From: Bdellovibrionota bacterium
Lineage (GTDB): Bacteria > Bdellovibrionota_C > UBA2361 > OMII01
Direction of reading: 5' to 3'
Assembly (NCBI GenBank): GCA_044345405.1
Contig: JBIJBE010000003.1
Location: 32,001 to 96,000, forward strand
DNA: 64,000 nucleotides
The notes below the pieces were generated by a model. It was not told where the DNA came from. It was given only the letters and a program-made list of their open reading frames with translations, and did not search any database. How positions within the stretch are numbered: position 1 is the stretch's first letter; every line of letters begins with the position of its first letter. Positions 38,847 through 48,538 of this stretch are shown piece after piece. A program made the position numbers and the translations under genes.

Positions 38847-39821
38847 ATGCGTAATCCAAGATTTCTCGTTCCCGGAAAGATACACTTCATCACCTTTCGA
38901 ACTGAGGAGGGGCTTCCGTTTGTCCCTCTGCGATTCATGAATATTCTTATTCGGTCCGCCCTCGCCAGAGCCCAAAAGCTCTACCCTGTTAAAATCATCT
39001 GCTTTGTTGTTCAGGCTAACCACGTACACCTTCTCGTACGGGTGACAAACCCTCAGGATGTTTCGAGCTTTATCGGGTACTTCAAAGCGGAGAGTGCTCA
39101 CTACCTCAACCGTCTCCTCAACCGACGACAACGAACTGTTTGGGCTCCACGTTTCGACAGTCCTGCCGTGTTGGACATAGACAAAGCTCTTGAACTATTC
39201 GCCTACTGCTCCCTAAATCCCGTAAAAGACGGACTAGTTGCGTCAATGCGGGAGTATCCTGGGCTTAGCTCATACCCGTATCTCCTGAGAGGAGAACAGG
39301 TAATCCCTGCGAAATCGATCCCAAGAGATAAAGTTCGCCCATTAGCGGATCCAACTAATCCCCAACGAGAGAACAAGAGCCTGTCTGAATATTTCAGCTC
39401 CGATGATTTCCAAGACCTTTCTATTACACTCGCCCCGGAAGAGCTTCGACTAGCATTTCCATCAACCAAGGCCTCTACCGCGGAGGAGTTTCATAAAACG
39501 CTTCTACAAACCATCTCCAAGTACGAGCAGATTTATCTCGCTGACCAGGCTGGAGCAGCGCCACTCGGAGTCCCCAAGCTTCTCGCGATCTCCCTCCTTG
39601 CTCAACGGAATCCTCCCATCAAAGGTAGGAAAATGATCTGTCTCTCTTGTTGCAACGACCTTCGCCAGGCGTTCATATCATCATTCAGGCACATAAAAGC
39701 GCTGTGCCGGGAAGCCTTCATGAAGTGGAGCGCCGGACTCATGGTGCCTTATCCGCCCGGGATGTTCGCTCCCCATCCCCCTAGGATCGCGAATTTCATT
39801 CCTCAGACTAACTTCTCATAA
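38847..39821 (+). CDS. HUH Y1 tyrosine transposase, REP-associated (RAYT-like)
   Basis: R....G.IHFITFR, NHVHLL (HUH), W..RF.S, YCSLNPVK.GLV (catalytic Tyr) and YP..SS motifs; more AT-rich than neighbouring genes. Confidence 0.88.
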   Translation: MRNPRFLVPGKIHFITFRTEEGLPFVPLRFMNILIRSALARAQKLYPVKIICFVVQANHVHLLVRVTNPQDVSSFIGYFKAESAHYLNRLLNRRQRTVWAPRFDSPAVLDIDKALELFAYCSLNPVKDGLVASMREYPGLSSYPYLLRGEQVIPAKSIPRDKVRPLADPTNPQRENKSLSEYFSSDDFQDLSITLAPEELRLAFPSTKASTAEEFHKTLLQTISKYEQIYLADQAGAAPLGVPKLLAISLLAQRNPPIKGRKMICLSCCNDLRQAFISSFRHIKALCREAFMKWSAGLMVPYPPGMFAPHPPRIANFIPQTNFS

Positions 39822-40037
39822 GACTCTGACTTCACAGTTAACAGCGCACGCGACCCCGTTGTTCCGCTAACTCATAGTGAACAAGAGATCACGTGGCTCC
39901 TTCTGGCCAAGAGCCAAAGTTATAGACAAAGAATGCGTGGACCGCAGCTCTAGAGCTGCAGCCTTATGGGGGCAAAAAACAAGCGCCTGACCGCATGGTA
40001 AAGCAAGGAAAGCAAGGAGCCTGGCACCAGTGACAAC

Positions 40038-40868
40038 GACCTTTGGGTGTCTCATCGTGACGCTAATCTGTCAGACGACGAGCGTCGCACCATTCCGTCA
40101 AATGAGGCAACACGGGAGGGCTTTGTGAAGAACGACCTTACCGCTAAAGCTCTCTTTGACGCGATAAGCCGGTTAAGCGCTCCAGCTATGCTTGCCGCTG
40201 GCGCTCTCGCGCAGCGAAAAGTTGAACGGCTCGGTCGGGTCGCGATGATGGATCAGGACCCGTTCAAGGTTTTCTTCGATACCCTATTTGTCTTTGATCC
40301 TGAAAAAGCGAACATAAACAAATCGACCTCGGAGCAGTTCATCCCCTACCTATGGGCTCGACTGGAGGCTCGTTGGTTAGAGTCAGATAAGCGCCGCTGT
40401 GAGGCTACGGCTGTTCGCACCGCGAAAAGTGACAAATATGAGTCAATCGATATAGTTTCAATTGTAGAGGATAAAAAGGCTCGGGACTTTACGGCTTCTG
40501 TAGACCGTTGTGATGAGTACGAGTGGACCCGCGCGGCTCTTGATCGCGCGCTGACCGCGGGAGCTATTCGCCGCCGTGATTACGAAGCGGTCCTTCAGTA
40601 CTGTGGTCTAGGGGGGGGCGAACCAGAGCAAACGGATGTCCGAAGTCCAACTATCTCCACAAAGATGAGGGCGCAACGGGGAATCGAGCATTTTAGGCGG
40701 TATCTTCGTACGCAGGAGGTAGAGCGTGAACAACCCGAAGATGCGTCCTCACACCGGGGCACTCATCAGAGGATCGCTCCTGAGCGCCGAGGCCCAAGCA
40801 ATTTTCCGCCGAATGCGCCCCTGAGCGGTGGTGAGCGGCGGGCGGACCGTGGGCGCCTCTGGCGCTAG
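40038..40868 (+). pseudogene. 5'-truncated second allele of the sigma-like gene
   Basis: In frame and homologous from DLWVSHRD onward; lacks the first ~125 codons; begins 3 nt after the inverted repeat. Confidence 0.85.
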
Positions 40869-41239
40869 CGGTCGTTATGTAAGGAGCTGGCAGAGCCGGT
40901 TCAAGAAGTAGGCTGCAGGGGTGCTCAGCACGTTACGGTCAACTCCTTTCCTCGACCTTATGTTCTTCGCGATTTCGGCAGCGGCGGCCTCAGTCCCGCT
41001 CAAAGAGCATCTGCTGTCGCTTCGGCTTAATCTGCACCGGCATTCCCGCGGGATAATTTCCAGAGAAGCAAGCGTCGCAATATTTACCCTGGGTTGACTC
41101 AACCGCGCGGTAGAGCCCCTCGGTGGAGAGGTAGGCGAGGGAGTCAACGCCGATGTACTCAGCGATCTCCTCAATTGAGTGCTTGGAGGCGATGAGCTCG
41201 TGCTTATCGGGGGTATCGATACCGTAGTAGCACGGGTTC
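40038..41239 (+). repeat. Copy B of the direct duplication
   Basis: Matches 37388-38648 at both ends and is diverged in the middle. Confidence 0.92.
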
Positions 41240-42423
41240 GTTGTCGGAGGGGAGGAGATGCGGAGGTGGATCTCTCGGGCTCCCGCTTGTCGGAGCATCG
41301 CGACGAGCTTCTTACTCGTTGTCCCTCGCACGATCGAGTCATCGACGACGATGATCGATTTTCCGGCGAGCACGTCACGGTTTGGATTAAGTTTAATCTT
41401 TACGCCGAAATCTCGAATGGATTGCTTTGGCTCAATAAATGTTCTTCCAACGTAGTGGTTTCGAACGAGTCCCATCTCATACGGGAGCTTCGCGGCTTCG
41501 GCATAGCCGATAGCGGCGGCGACACCTGAGTCGGGGACCGCGGTAACGAGATCCGCCATGACCGGCTTCTCGACCGCCAATTCTCGGCCCATGTTCTTGC
41601 GGAGCTGGTAGACGTTCTTGCCGAAGACCTTTGAGTCGGGGCGCGCGAAGTAGACGAACTCGAAGATGCAGGGCGCGGGACGTGAGAAACCGAAGGGGAA
41701 GTAGCTCTTCATTGAGCCGTCGCGGAACACTTCGATGAGCTCACCAGGTTCAACATCACGGAGGTAGGTCGCTCCGATGAGATCGAACGCGCACGTTTCG
41801 GACGCGAAGATCTTGGCACCATTAAGCTCTCCGATCGCAAGTGGTCGAAGGCCGTGCATGTCGCGACACACCATGAGGCGGTCCTCGAAGAGCATAAGGA
41901 GCGAGAACGCCCCCTTTATCTTTTGAAGGGCCGCGATAACTGATTCAACGAGGGGTTGTTCCCGGTCACCGTGGGCGAGGAGGTGCAAGATCGTCTCAGT
42001 GTCCGAGGTTGAGGCGAAGATAGATCCCTGCTCGATCAGCTCTCGACGGAGGTCGTCCGCGTTGGTGAGGTTTCCGTTGTGCGCGACCGCCGTATGTCCA
42101 AGGGCGATGTCAGCGACGAAGGGCTGAACGTTCGCTAATCGGTTTCCACCAGCGGTGGTGTACCGAACGTGACCGATCGCTACGCCCCCCGGGAGCCCCG
42201 TGAAGTCAAAGCTTCCGAAGACATCCGCCACGAGGCCGAGCCCCTTGTGAACGTAGAAGTGGGGGAGGTCATCACCATTTCGATCGACGGATACAACGCC
42301 CGCGCCCTCTTGTCCGCGGTGCTGCTGAGCGTAAAGTCCCAGGTAGGTCAGGTTCGCCGCCTCAGGGTGGTTCCACACCGCCATGAGACCACATTCGTCA
42401 TGAAATTTATCTTCGCTGAACAT
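40990..42423 (-). CDS. purF: Amidophosphoribosyltransferase
   Basis: Propeptide then ECG; QHRGQEGAG, GHVRY, HNGN, VPDSG and VDDSIVRGTT motifs. Confidence 0.97.
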   Translation of the reverse strand: MFSEDKFHDECGLMAVWNHPEAANLTYLGLYAQQHRGQEGAGVVSVDRNGDDLPHFYVHKGLGLVADVFGSFDFTGLPGGVAIGHVRYTTAGGNRLANVQPFVADIALGHTAVAHNGNLTNADDLRRELIEQGSIFASTSDTETILHLLAHGDREQPLVESVIAALQKIKGAFSLLMLFEDRLMVCRDMHGLRPLAIGELNGAKIFASETCAFDLIGATYLRDVEPGELIEVFRDGSMKSYFPFGFSRPAPCIFEFVYFARPDSKVFGKNVYQLRKNMGRELAVEKPVMADLVTAVPDSGVAAAIGYAEAAKLPYEMGLVRNHYVGRTFIEPKQSIRDFGVKIKLNPNRDVLAGKSIIVVDDSIVRGTTSKKLVAMLRQAGAREIHLRISSPPTTNPCYYGIDTPDKHELIASKHSIEEIAEYIGVDSLAYLSTEGLYRAVESTQGKYCDACFSGNYPAGMPVQIKPKRQQMLFERD

Positions 42424-42427
42424 AGCC

Positions 42428-44671
42428 TTATCCCTCAAAGATCTGATCGAGTCCCGTAAACCACGTCTTGAATGCCTTCGCCGCGTCTATCTCCGCGATC
42501 CCCTCGACCTTGATCGTTGAGCCGGAGACCTTTCCTTCGCCGCCAACGGTGAGACCGAGAGCGGAGAGCTTCTCCTTTACCGCCGCTGTGTTCTCCGGGG
42601 GGCAACTTACAATAAAGCGCGCTCCGGTCTCCGCGAAGAGAACTCCATCAGGGCGTCCCCCGCTACTCGCAAGGGTAAGGTGCGCGCCGAGAGGGGCGTC
42701 GTAATCCTTAAAGCAGCACTCAGCGAGTGCGATGCCAAGTCCGCCCTCTGAGATGTCGTGGCATGAAGCGAGAAGCTTCGCGTTGATTAGGGCGCGAATA
42801 CCGTCGCATGTTGTTCGCTCGAGAGCATAATCAAGCTTCGGGAGCGCGCCGCGTTCGATACCGTGCGTGGTCGCGAGGTAGGCGCTTCCACCCACTTCGT
42901 TAGGATTGGTGGCTCCGATTACAAGGATCGTATCACCCGACCGTCTAAAGTGGGAGGGAACCGCGCTATGCACGTCCTCAAGTAAGCCAACGACGGCAAG
43001 GGTAGGGGTCGGTTGAATCCCTTGTCCCTGTGTCTGGTTGTAAAGGCTCACGTTGCCGCTCACGACAGGAACGTCGAAGGCTCGAGCGGCTTCGCCGAGT
43101 CCCTTAATACAATGCGCGATCTGGTACATCGTCTTTGGATCTTCCGGGCTCGGCATGTTGAGACAATCAGAGATGCCGAGCGGGATCGCGCCGGTCGCGG
43201 CGATGTTGCGACACGCCTCGGCGAGTGAGTGCGCTGTTCCGTTGTGCGCGTCGATCGAGCAGTAACGAGAGTTGCAGTCGAGTGTGATGGCGATACCCTT
43301 CTCTTTGCCGCTCGCGGAACGAACTCGAACAACGCCGGCATCACTTCCGGGATGAACAACGGTGTCCGCTCGTACGGTCGAGTCGTATTGGCTGTAGAGA
43401 GGGTGTCGTGAGCAGAGGTTCGGAGAGCCGAGGAGGGAGATCCATGTCGACCCAAGATCCTTCGGAAGGGGAATCGACTCAAGATCGATCGGAGCCGTGA
43501 GAGATGGATCTGACGGCGGTGTCATCGGCCAGTTGTACTTCGGTACCGCGCTCGTCAGAAGCTTCGCTGGTATGGAGGATACGAGTTCACCGTGCCAGAA
43601 GAGCTCCACGTCACCACCAGCGATAACCTCGCCGATAGCGACCGCGTCGAGCTCCCATCGCTTGAAGATCTCAATCAGCTTGTCCTCTTGGCCTGCCTTC
43701 ACGATGAAGAGCATGCGCTCCTGTGATTCAGAAAGCATAATCTCATAGGGATTCATTCCCTCTTCACGTTGAGGGACTCGGTCGAGGTGCATGCGAACAC
43801 CGTTGTCCCCTCGATCCGCCATCTCAAATGACGAACTCGTAAGACCCGCCGCGCCCATGTCCTGCACGCCGACAACGCAGCCGCTCTTGAACGCCTCGAG
43901 GCACGCCTCAAGAAGGAGCTTCTCTTGGAAGGGATCGCCGACCTGAACGGTTGGGCGCTTCGCCTCGGAGTTATCATCAAACTCCTCTGATGACATGCTC
44001 GCGCCGTGGATTCCATCTCGCCCGGTTTTAGAACCAACATAGAGAACGGTGTTGCCGATCCCCGCCGCTGTGCCGAGAAATACCTCGTCCTGTTTTACCA
44101 CGCCGAGCGCGAATGCGTTCACAAGGCAGTTACCGTTGAACGATGGATTGAACGAGAGCTCGCCACCAACAGTGGGGATACCCATACAGTTTCCGTAGAA
44201 GCCGATGCCGTTCACCGCGCGACGGAGAAGATACCGGCTCTTTGGAAGAGCGGTGTCTCCGAAACGAAGCGAGTTGAGGAGCGCGATCGGTCGGGCTCCC
44301 ATCGTGAATACGTCTCGAAGGATGCCGCCGACGCCGGTGGCCGCGCCCTGGAAAGGCTCGATGAACGATGGATGATTGTGACTCTCAACTTTAAATACAA
44401 CCGCTTCGTTGTCGCCGATGTCGACGACGCATGCGTTCTCCCCCGGCCCGACGATAACTTTGGGGCCCGTTGTCGGAAGGGTAGCGAGGTGAACCTTTGT
44501 GCTCTTGTAGGAACAGTGTTCCGAAAAAAGAGCCGAGCAGATACCGAGCTCGACCATATTGATTTCACGCCCCAGCGCGGTTTTGACCGCGGTGTATTCC
44601 GACTCTCGAAGACCGTGTTCCTTCGCGTCTTGGGTGGTAGCGGTTCGTCGCCAGGGGGGTGTGTTGGTCAT
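42428..44671 (-). CDS. purL: Phosphoribosylformylglycinamidine synthase subunit PurL (small type)
   Basis: [36 protein letters not shown] and HDISEGG motifs. Confidence 0.97.
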   Translation of the reverse strand: MTNTPPWRRTATTQDAKEHGLRESEYTAVKTALGREINMVELGICSALFSEHCSYKSTKVHLATLPTTGPKVIVGPGENACVVDIGDNEAVVFKVESHNHPSFIEPFQGAATGVGGILRDVFTMGARPIALLNSLRFGDTALPKSRYLLRRAVNGIGFYGNCMGIPTVGGELSFNPSFNGNCLVNAFALGVVKQDEVFLGTAAGIGNTVLYVGSKTGRDGIHGASMSSEEFDDNSEAKRPTVQVGDPFQEKLLLEACLEAFKSGCVVGVQDMGAAGLTSSSFEMADRGDNGVRMHLDRVPQREEGMNPYEIMLSESQERMLFIVKAGQEDKLIEIFKRWELDAVAIGEVIAGGDVELFWHGELVSSIPAKLLTSAVPKYNWPMTPPSDPSLTAPIDLESIPLPKDLGSTWISLLGSPNLCSRHPLYSQYDSTVRADTVVHPGSDAGVVRVRSASGKEKGIAITLDCNSRYCSIDAHNGTAHSLAEACRNIAATGAIPLGISDCLNMPSPEDPKTMYQIAHCIKGLGEAARAFDVPVVSGNVSLYNQTQGQGIQPTPTLAVVGLLEDVHSAVPSHFRRSGDTILVIGATNPNEVGGSAYLATTHGIERGALPKLDYALERTTCDGIRALINAKLLASCHDISEGGLGIALAECCFKDYDAPLGAHLTLASSGGRPDGVLFAETGARFIVSCPPENTAAVKEKLSALGLTVGGEGKVSGSTIKVEGIAEIDAAKAFKTWFTGLDQIFEG

Positions 44672-45336
44672 AGGAATTTCCTTCTGAGCGCGGTTCGGAC
44701 GAAGTCTATACCGGGAAACGGGATTCCTCAATCTTTACCTACAAATAGAACCAATGTAAGGGATAGAAATCCGCCCGCTATTCAGGTTTTTGAGGGGGCG
44801 GATCAAGCCGAGCGATTTGGGTAATCTCGGTATCGGAGATTGTAAGTGACGAGTGTCGTTCGACCCGGTCCCTAAGAGGGTTCATAGCGCTCCCTGAGGA
44901 GCGGATGTACGGTTTCACGCGCGCTGTTTCACGGCGTAGTACGATGTTCTCTTAAAGCCAAAAAAAGATTCAAAAAAAATGGCCACCAGCCAATCGATTT
45001 TGGGGCTGCGACATCAAACAATTAACGGCTAAGTGCGTGAAGGGTAGAGGATCCGGATGTGAATGGGGTTTTCGGTCTCTCTGGAGATTGTTTACCGTAA
45101 GAGGAGCGTGATTCCTCATATAGTTCACCTTTTGAGCCGAATGAAGTTGTTGATGTCTTTAGCAGCGGGTCGTTTCCCGGGGAGAGGATTGAGCTGTGTA
45201 TTCGCAGTATCGATACCGAATTCCGAGAGACGATTAAGATCAGACACTGACCACAACAGGGGCGCGTGAGGGGGATCTCAAGCATGTTCTTTGAAATGAG
45301 TGGGTGGTGATTCTGCGAACGTAAGGAGAAGGTTCC

Positions 45337-47271
45337 ATGTCGAAGGAAAATAAATTCCAAAAATTGATCCAAGAGGATCGCGAGACCCGTAAAAAAACTT
45401 CCTGGAAAGGTACGATGCTTGAGTACCTTGAGAAAGTTCGCGAGAACCCAGGAGCGGTAAAGCTCGCGCACAAGCGGCTCTACGACATGATCGCTGACAA
45501 GGGCACCGTCGAGGTTGACCTTGAGCAAGACCCGAGTCTCAAGCGGATCTTCAAGGGTGAGAAACTTAAAGTCTTTAATTTCTTCGCCGACGAGTTCTTC
45601 GGCATGGAGAAAACGCTCAACCAGATTGTGCGATATTTTCACTCCGCGTCGCTGCGAGGAGAGGAGAGTCGACAGGTGCTCTACCTGGTAGGTCCTGTAG
45701 GTTCAGGAAAGAGCTCCCTTGTGGAGCGGCTCAAGAAGGGCCTTGAGCACATTCAGTTCTTCTACTCGATTGAGGGATGTCCGATGAACGAGGAGCCGCT
45801 GCACCTCGTGCCTCGACACCTTCGAAAGGAGTTCTCCAAAATGCTCGGTGTTGAGATCGAGGGAGACCTTTGTCCGGTATGTCGATATCGCCTCAAGGAG
45901 GAGTTCAAAGGCAAGTGGGAGGATGTTCCCGTTAAGACACAAGAGTTCTCGATTCGAGCCAAGCGGGGCGTGGGTGTTGTGCCCCCGGTAGATCCAAACA
46001 ACCAAGACACAAGCGTTCTCATCGGTGGTGAGGATATCTCAAAGCTCGACCTCTACTCAGAGGGCGATCCACGAGTGCTCGACCTGACGGGCGCGCTCAA
46101 CGTGGGTAACCGCGGAATGGTTGAGTTCATCGAGGTGTTCAAGAACGAGACCGAGTATCTTCACGCGATGATCACCGCGACCCAGGAGAAATCGATTCCA
46201 GCTCCCGGGCGTCACGGAATGATCTACGTCGATACCTGTATCGTGGCGCACTCCAACGAAGCGGAGTGGAAGAAGTTTAAGAGCGATCACACGAACGAGG
46301 CGATCCTTGACCGTATCGTGACTGTGAAGGTTCCGTATAACTTGAGGCTCTCTGAAGAGGTGAAGATCTATAAAAAGATTATTCGCCAATCGCAGTTCAC
46401 AGCCGATATCGCTCCGCACACGATCGAGATCGCGTCGATGTTCGCGATCCTCTCTCGACTTGAGCCAACCAACAAGTGCGACCTGATGACCAAACTCAAG
46501 CTCTACAACGGTGAAGAGGTTGTGGAGAAGGGTAAGACCAAGCGCATCGATGTGGTAGAACTTCGTGAAGAAGCGAAGAGCGAGGGAATGAATGGTATCT
46601 CGACCCGTTTCATCATGAAGGCGCTCGACAACGCGCTCTCTGATAACGTGGAGATGAACGCTATCAATCCTATCTCGGTACGAGAGGCGCTCGTGTCGAT
46701 GGTTAAGGAGGCGGACTTCGCGGATGACGTTAAGAAACGCTACCTTGAGTTCCTCCAAGACACCCTCCACAAGGAGTATCTTGAGGTGCTTGAGAAGGAG
46801 ATCACGAAGGCGTTCGTCTACTCCTACCAAGAGCAGGCCGAATCACTCTTCCAGAACTACCTCGACCACGCTGAGTCCTACGTGACGAAGAAGAAGTTTA
46901 AGGACCGCAGCACGGGCGAAGTGCTCGAGCCGGACGAGGGGTTCATGAAGTCCATCGAGGAGCAGATCGCTATCATCGGCACCGCATGTGATGGATTCCG
47001 TCAGGAGGTCATCGCGTACCTCTGGTCAGCTGGACGCCGCGGCGAGAAGGTTACGTACGAGAGCTACGAGCCGCTCAAAGAGGCGATCGAGAAGAAGCTT
47101 ATGGCGAGCGTTCGCGATGTATCGCGAATTATCACCAAGGCTCGTACTCGAGATGACGACCAGCACAAGAAGTACAACAAGATGGTTGAGCAGCTTATTC
47201 GAAACGGATATCCAGCGAGTTGCGTGGATGTGATCCTGAAGTACGCCGCCAACAATCTTTGGAAGGACTAA
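45337..47271 (+). CDS. prkA: PrkA/YeaG family AAA+ serine protein kinase
   Basis: FFG.E, GPVGSGKS, NRG.VEFIE.FK, HSNE.EW, NEA.LDR and GISTRF motifs. Confidence 0.95.
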   Translation: MSKENKFQKLIQEDRETRKKTSWKGTMLEYLEKVRENPGAVKLAHKRLYDMIADKGTVEVDLEQDPSLKRIFKGEKLKVFNFFADEFFGMEKTLNQIVRYFHSASLRGEESRQVLYLVGPVGSGKSSLVERLKKGLEHIQFFYSIEGCPMNEEPLHLVPRHLRKEFSKMLGVEIEGDLCPVCRYRLKEEFKGKWEDVPVKTQEFSIRAKRGVGVVPPVDPNNQDTSVLIGGEDISKLDLYSEGDPRVLDLTGALNVGNRGMVEFIEVFKNETEYLHAMITATQEKSIPAPGRHGMIYVDTCIVAHSNEAEWKKFKSDHTNEAILDRIVTVKVPYNLRLSEEVKIYKKIIRQSQFTADIAPHTIEIASMFAILSRLEPTNKCDLMTKLKLYNGEEVVEKGKTKRIDVVELREEAKSEGMNGISTRFIMKALDNALSDNVEMNAINPISVREALVSMVKEADFADDVKKRYLEFLQDTLHKEYLEVLEKEITKAFVYSYQEQAESLFQNYLDHAESYVTKKKFKDRSTGEVLEPDEGFMKSIEEQIAIIGTACDGFRQEVIAYLWSAGRRGEKVTYESYEPLKEAIEKKLMASVRDVSRIITKARTRDDDQHKKYNKMVEQLIRNGYPASCVDVILKYAANNLWKD

Positions 47272-47296
47272 ACGTTCCCCGCTTCGGTGAGGTGTA

Positions 47297-48532
47297 ATGT
47301 CGACCATATTTCGTCCCTACACTCCTAGCTCGCAGCGCTCTGACCGGAGCGCGCGAGATAGGATGAGGCACCGCCAAAAGATCAAGGACTCTATTCGCGA
47401 TAACATCGGTGATATCCTCGCTGAGGAATCAATCATCGGTCGTGATCGGGATAAGATTATCAAGGTGCCGATCCGTTCGGTAAAGGAGTACCGTTTCATC
47501 TACGGCGAAAACTCTCCCGGAGTCGCTCAGGGCGATGGAGAACAGAAGCCGGGTGATGTGGTCCAGCAGGGTGACCAAGAGGGGAAAGGACAGGGCGGTA
47601 AAGGTGGAGATCAGCCAGGTGTCGACGCCTTCGAGACCGATATTACCCTTGAGGAGCTCATCGCGATCATGTTCGATGACCTCGAGCTTCCGGAGCTCGA
47701 GAGGAAAGCCTTGAAAGAGATCGTGTCAGACGACGCCCGGAAGCGTAAGGGACGCCGTCACGCTGGTATTCGCCCACGACTCGATAAGCGAGCGACCGCT
47801 CGTAATCGAGCCCGCAGGTGGATGTCGGTACGTCGAAGCCGTGAGGTCGGTCCCGATGGTGAGAAACCTCGGTTCCCGTTCCACGAGGACGACATGCGGT
47901 ACTACCACATCGTGCCGACAACCAAAGAGGCCTCGAACGCCGTGATCTTCTGTATCATGGATACCTCGGGGTCTATGGGTACGGTGAAGAAGTACCTCGC
48001 GCGGAGCTTCTACTTTCTTCTGTATCAATTCGTTCGCCAGAAATACGCCAACGTTGAGGTGGTCTTTATCGCCCATCACACTGAGGCGAAAGAGGTGAGC
48101 GAGGAGGACTTCTTCCACAAGGTGGAGTCGGGCGGTACCTACATATCGTCGGGCTATAAGAAGGCGCTTGAGATCATCGAGGATAGGTATCACCCATCGC
48201 TATGGAACGTGTACGCGTTTCACTGCTCTGATGGTGACAACTTCTACTCCGACAATGAGCGCGCGCTTCAAGCCGCTGAGGAATTGTGTAAGGTGTGCAA
48301 TCTCTTCGGCTACGGTGAGATAAAGCCCTCGGGAAGCGCCTACTACAGCGGGAGCATGTTGGAGGTGTTCGGCGCTATCAAGGCCGATAACTTCCACATG
48401 ATTACGATTGAGAAGAAAGAGGACCTCTGGGAAGGCTTCCGAAGCTTCCTGCTGAAGGATAAGGCGAGCGGTGTTTCAGCTCACGGAAAAGTTTTTGGTG
48501 GGAGCGAGGGGGCGGCTTCGGCCGCGCCGTAG
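47297..48532 (+). CDS. yeaH: YeaH/YhbH (DUF444) vWA-like protein
   Basis: DR.RH, MDTSGSM, FIAHHTEAKEV, ESGGT..SS and SDGDN motifs. Confidence 0.93.
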   Translation: MSTIFRPYTPSSQRSDRSARDRMRHRQKIKDSIRDNIGDILAEESIIGRDRDKIIKVPIRSVKEYRFIYGENSPGVAQGDGEQKPGDVVQQGDQEGKGQGGKGGDQPGVDAFETDITLEELIAIMFDDLELPELERKALKEIVSDDARKRKGRRHAGIRPRLDKRATARNRARRWMSVRRSREVGPDGEKPRFPFHEDDMRYYHIVPTTKEASNAVIFCIMDTSGSMGTVKKYLARSFYFLLYQFVRQKYANVEVVFIAHHTEAKEVSEEDFFHKVESGGTYISSGYKKALEIIEDRYHPSLWNVYAFHCSDGDNFYSDNERALQAAEELCKVCNLFGYGEIKPSGSAYYSGSMLEVFGAIKADNFHMITIEKKEDLWEGFRSFLLKDKASGVSAHGKVFGGSEGAASAAP

Positions 48533-48538
48533 GAAGGT

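Larger units (their letters stand above)
38650..40034. mobile_element. REPtron-like element: repeat array, RAYT gene and inverted repeat copy
   Basis: 18-bp gtcactggtgccaggctc on the left and its exact reverse complement gagcctggcaccagtgac at 40017-40034. Confidence 0.8.

Noticed and set aside
38724-39131. Minus-strand 135-aa ORF with KKSLAPVT repeats
   Set aside because: It is antisense to the transposase; the peptide repeats simply translate the DNA array.
37388-41239. Diversity-generating retroelement TR/VR pair
   Set aside because: No reverse transcriptase is present, and the differences are largely synonymous and not adenine-specific.
37388-41239. Classical target-site duplication
   Set aside because: It is far too long and internally diverged, and Y1 HUH transposases do not create TSDs.
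46057-46830. Long antisense ORFs (also 22787-23626, 44006-44824, 18763-19458, 45022-45642)
   Set aside because: They are shadows of well-supported genes on the opposite strand in GC-rich DNA, with no motifs.
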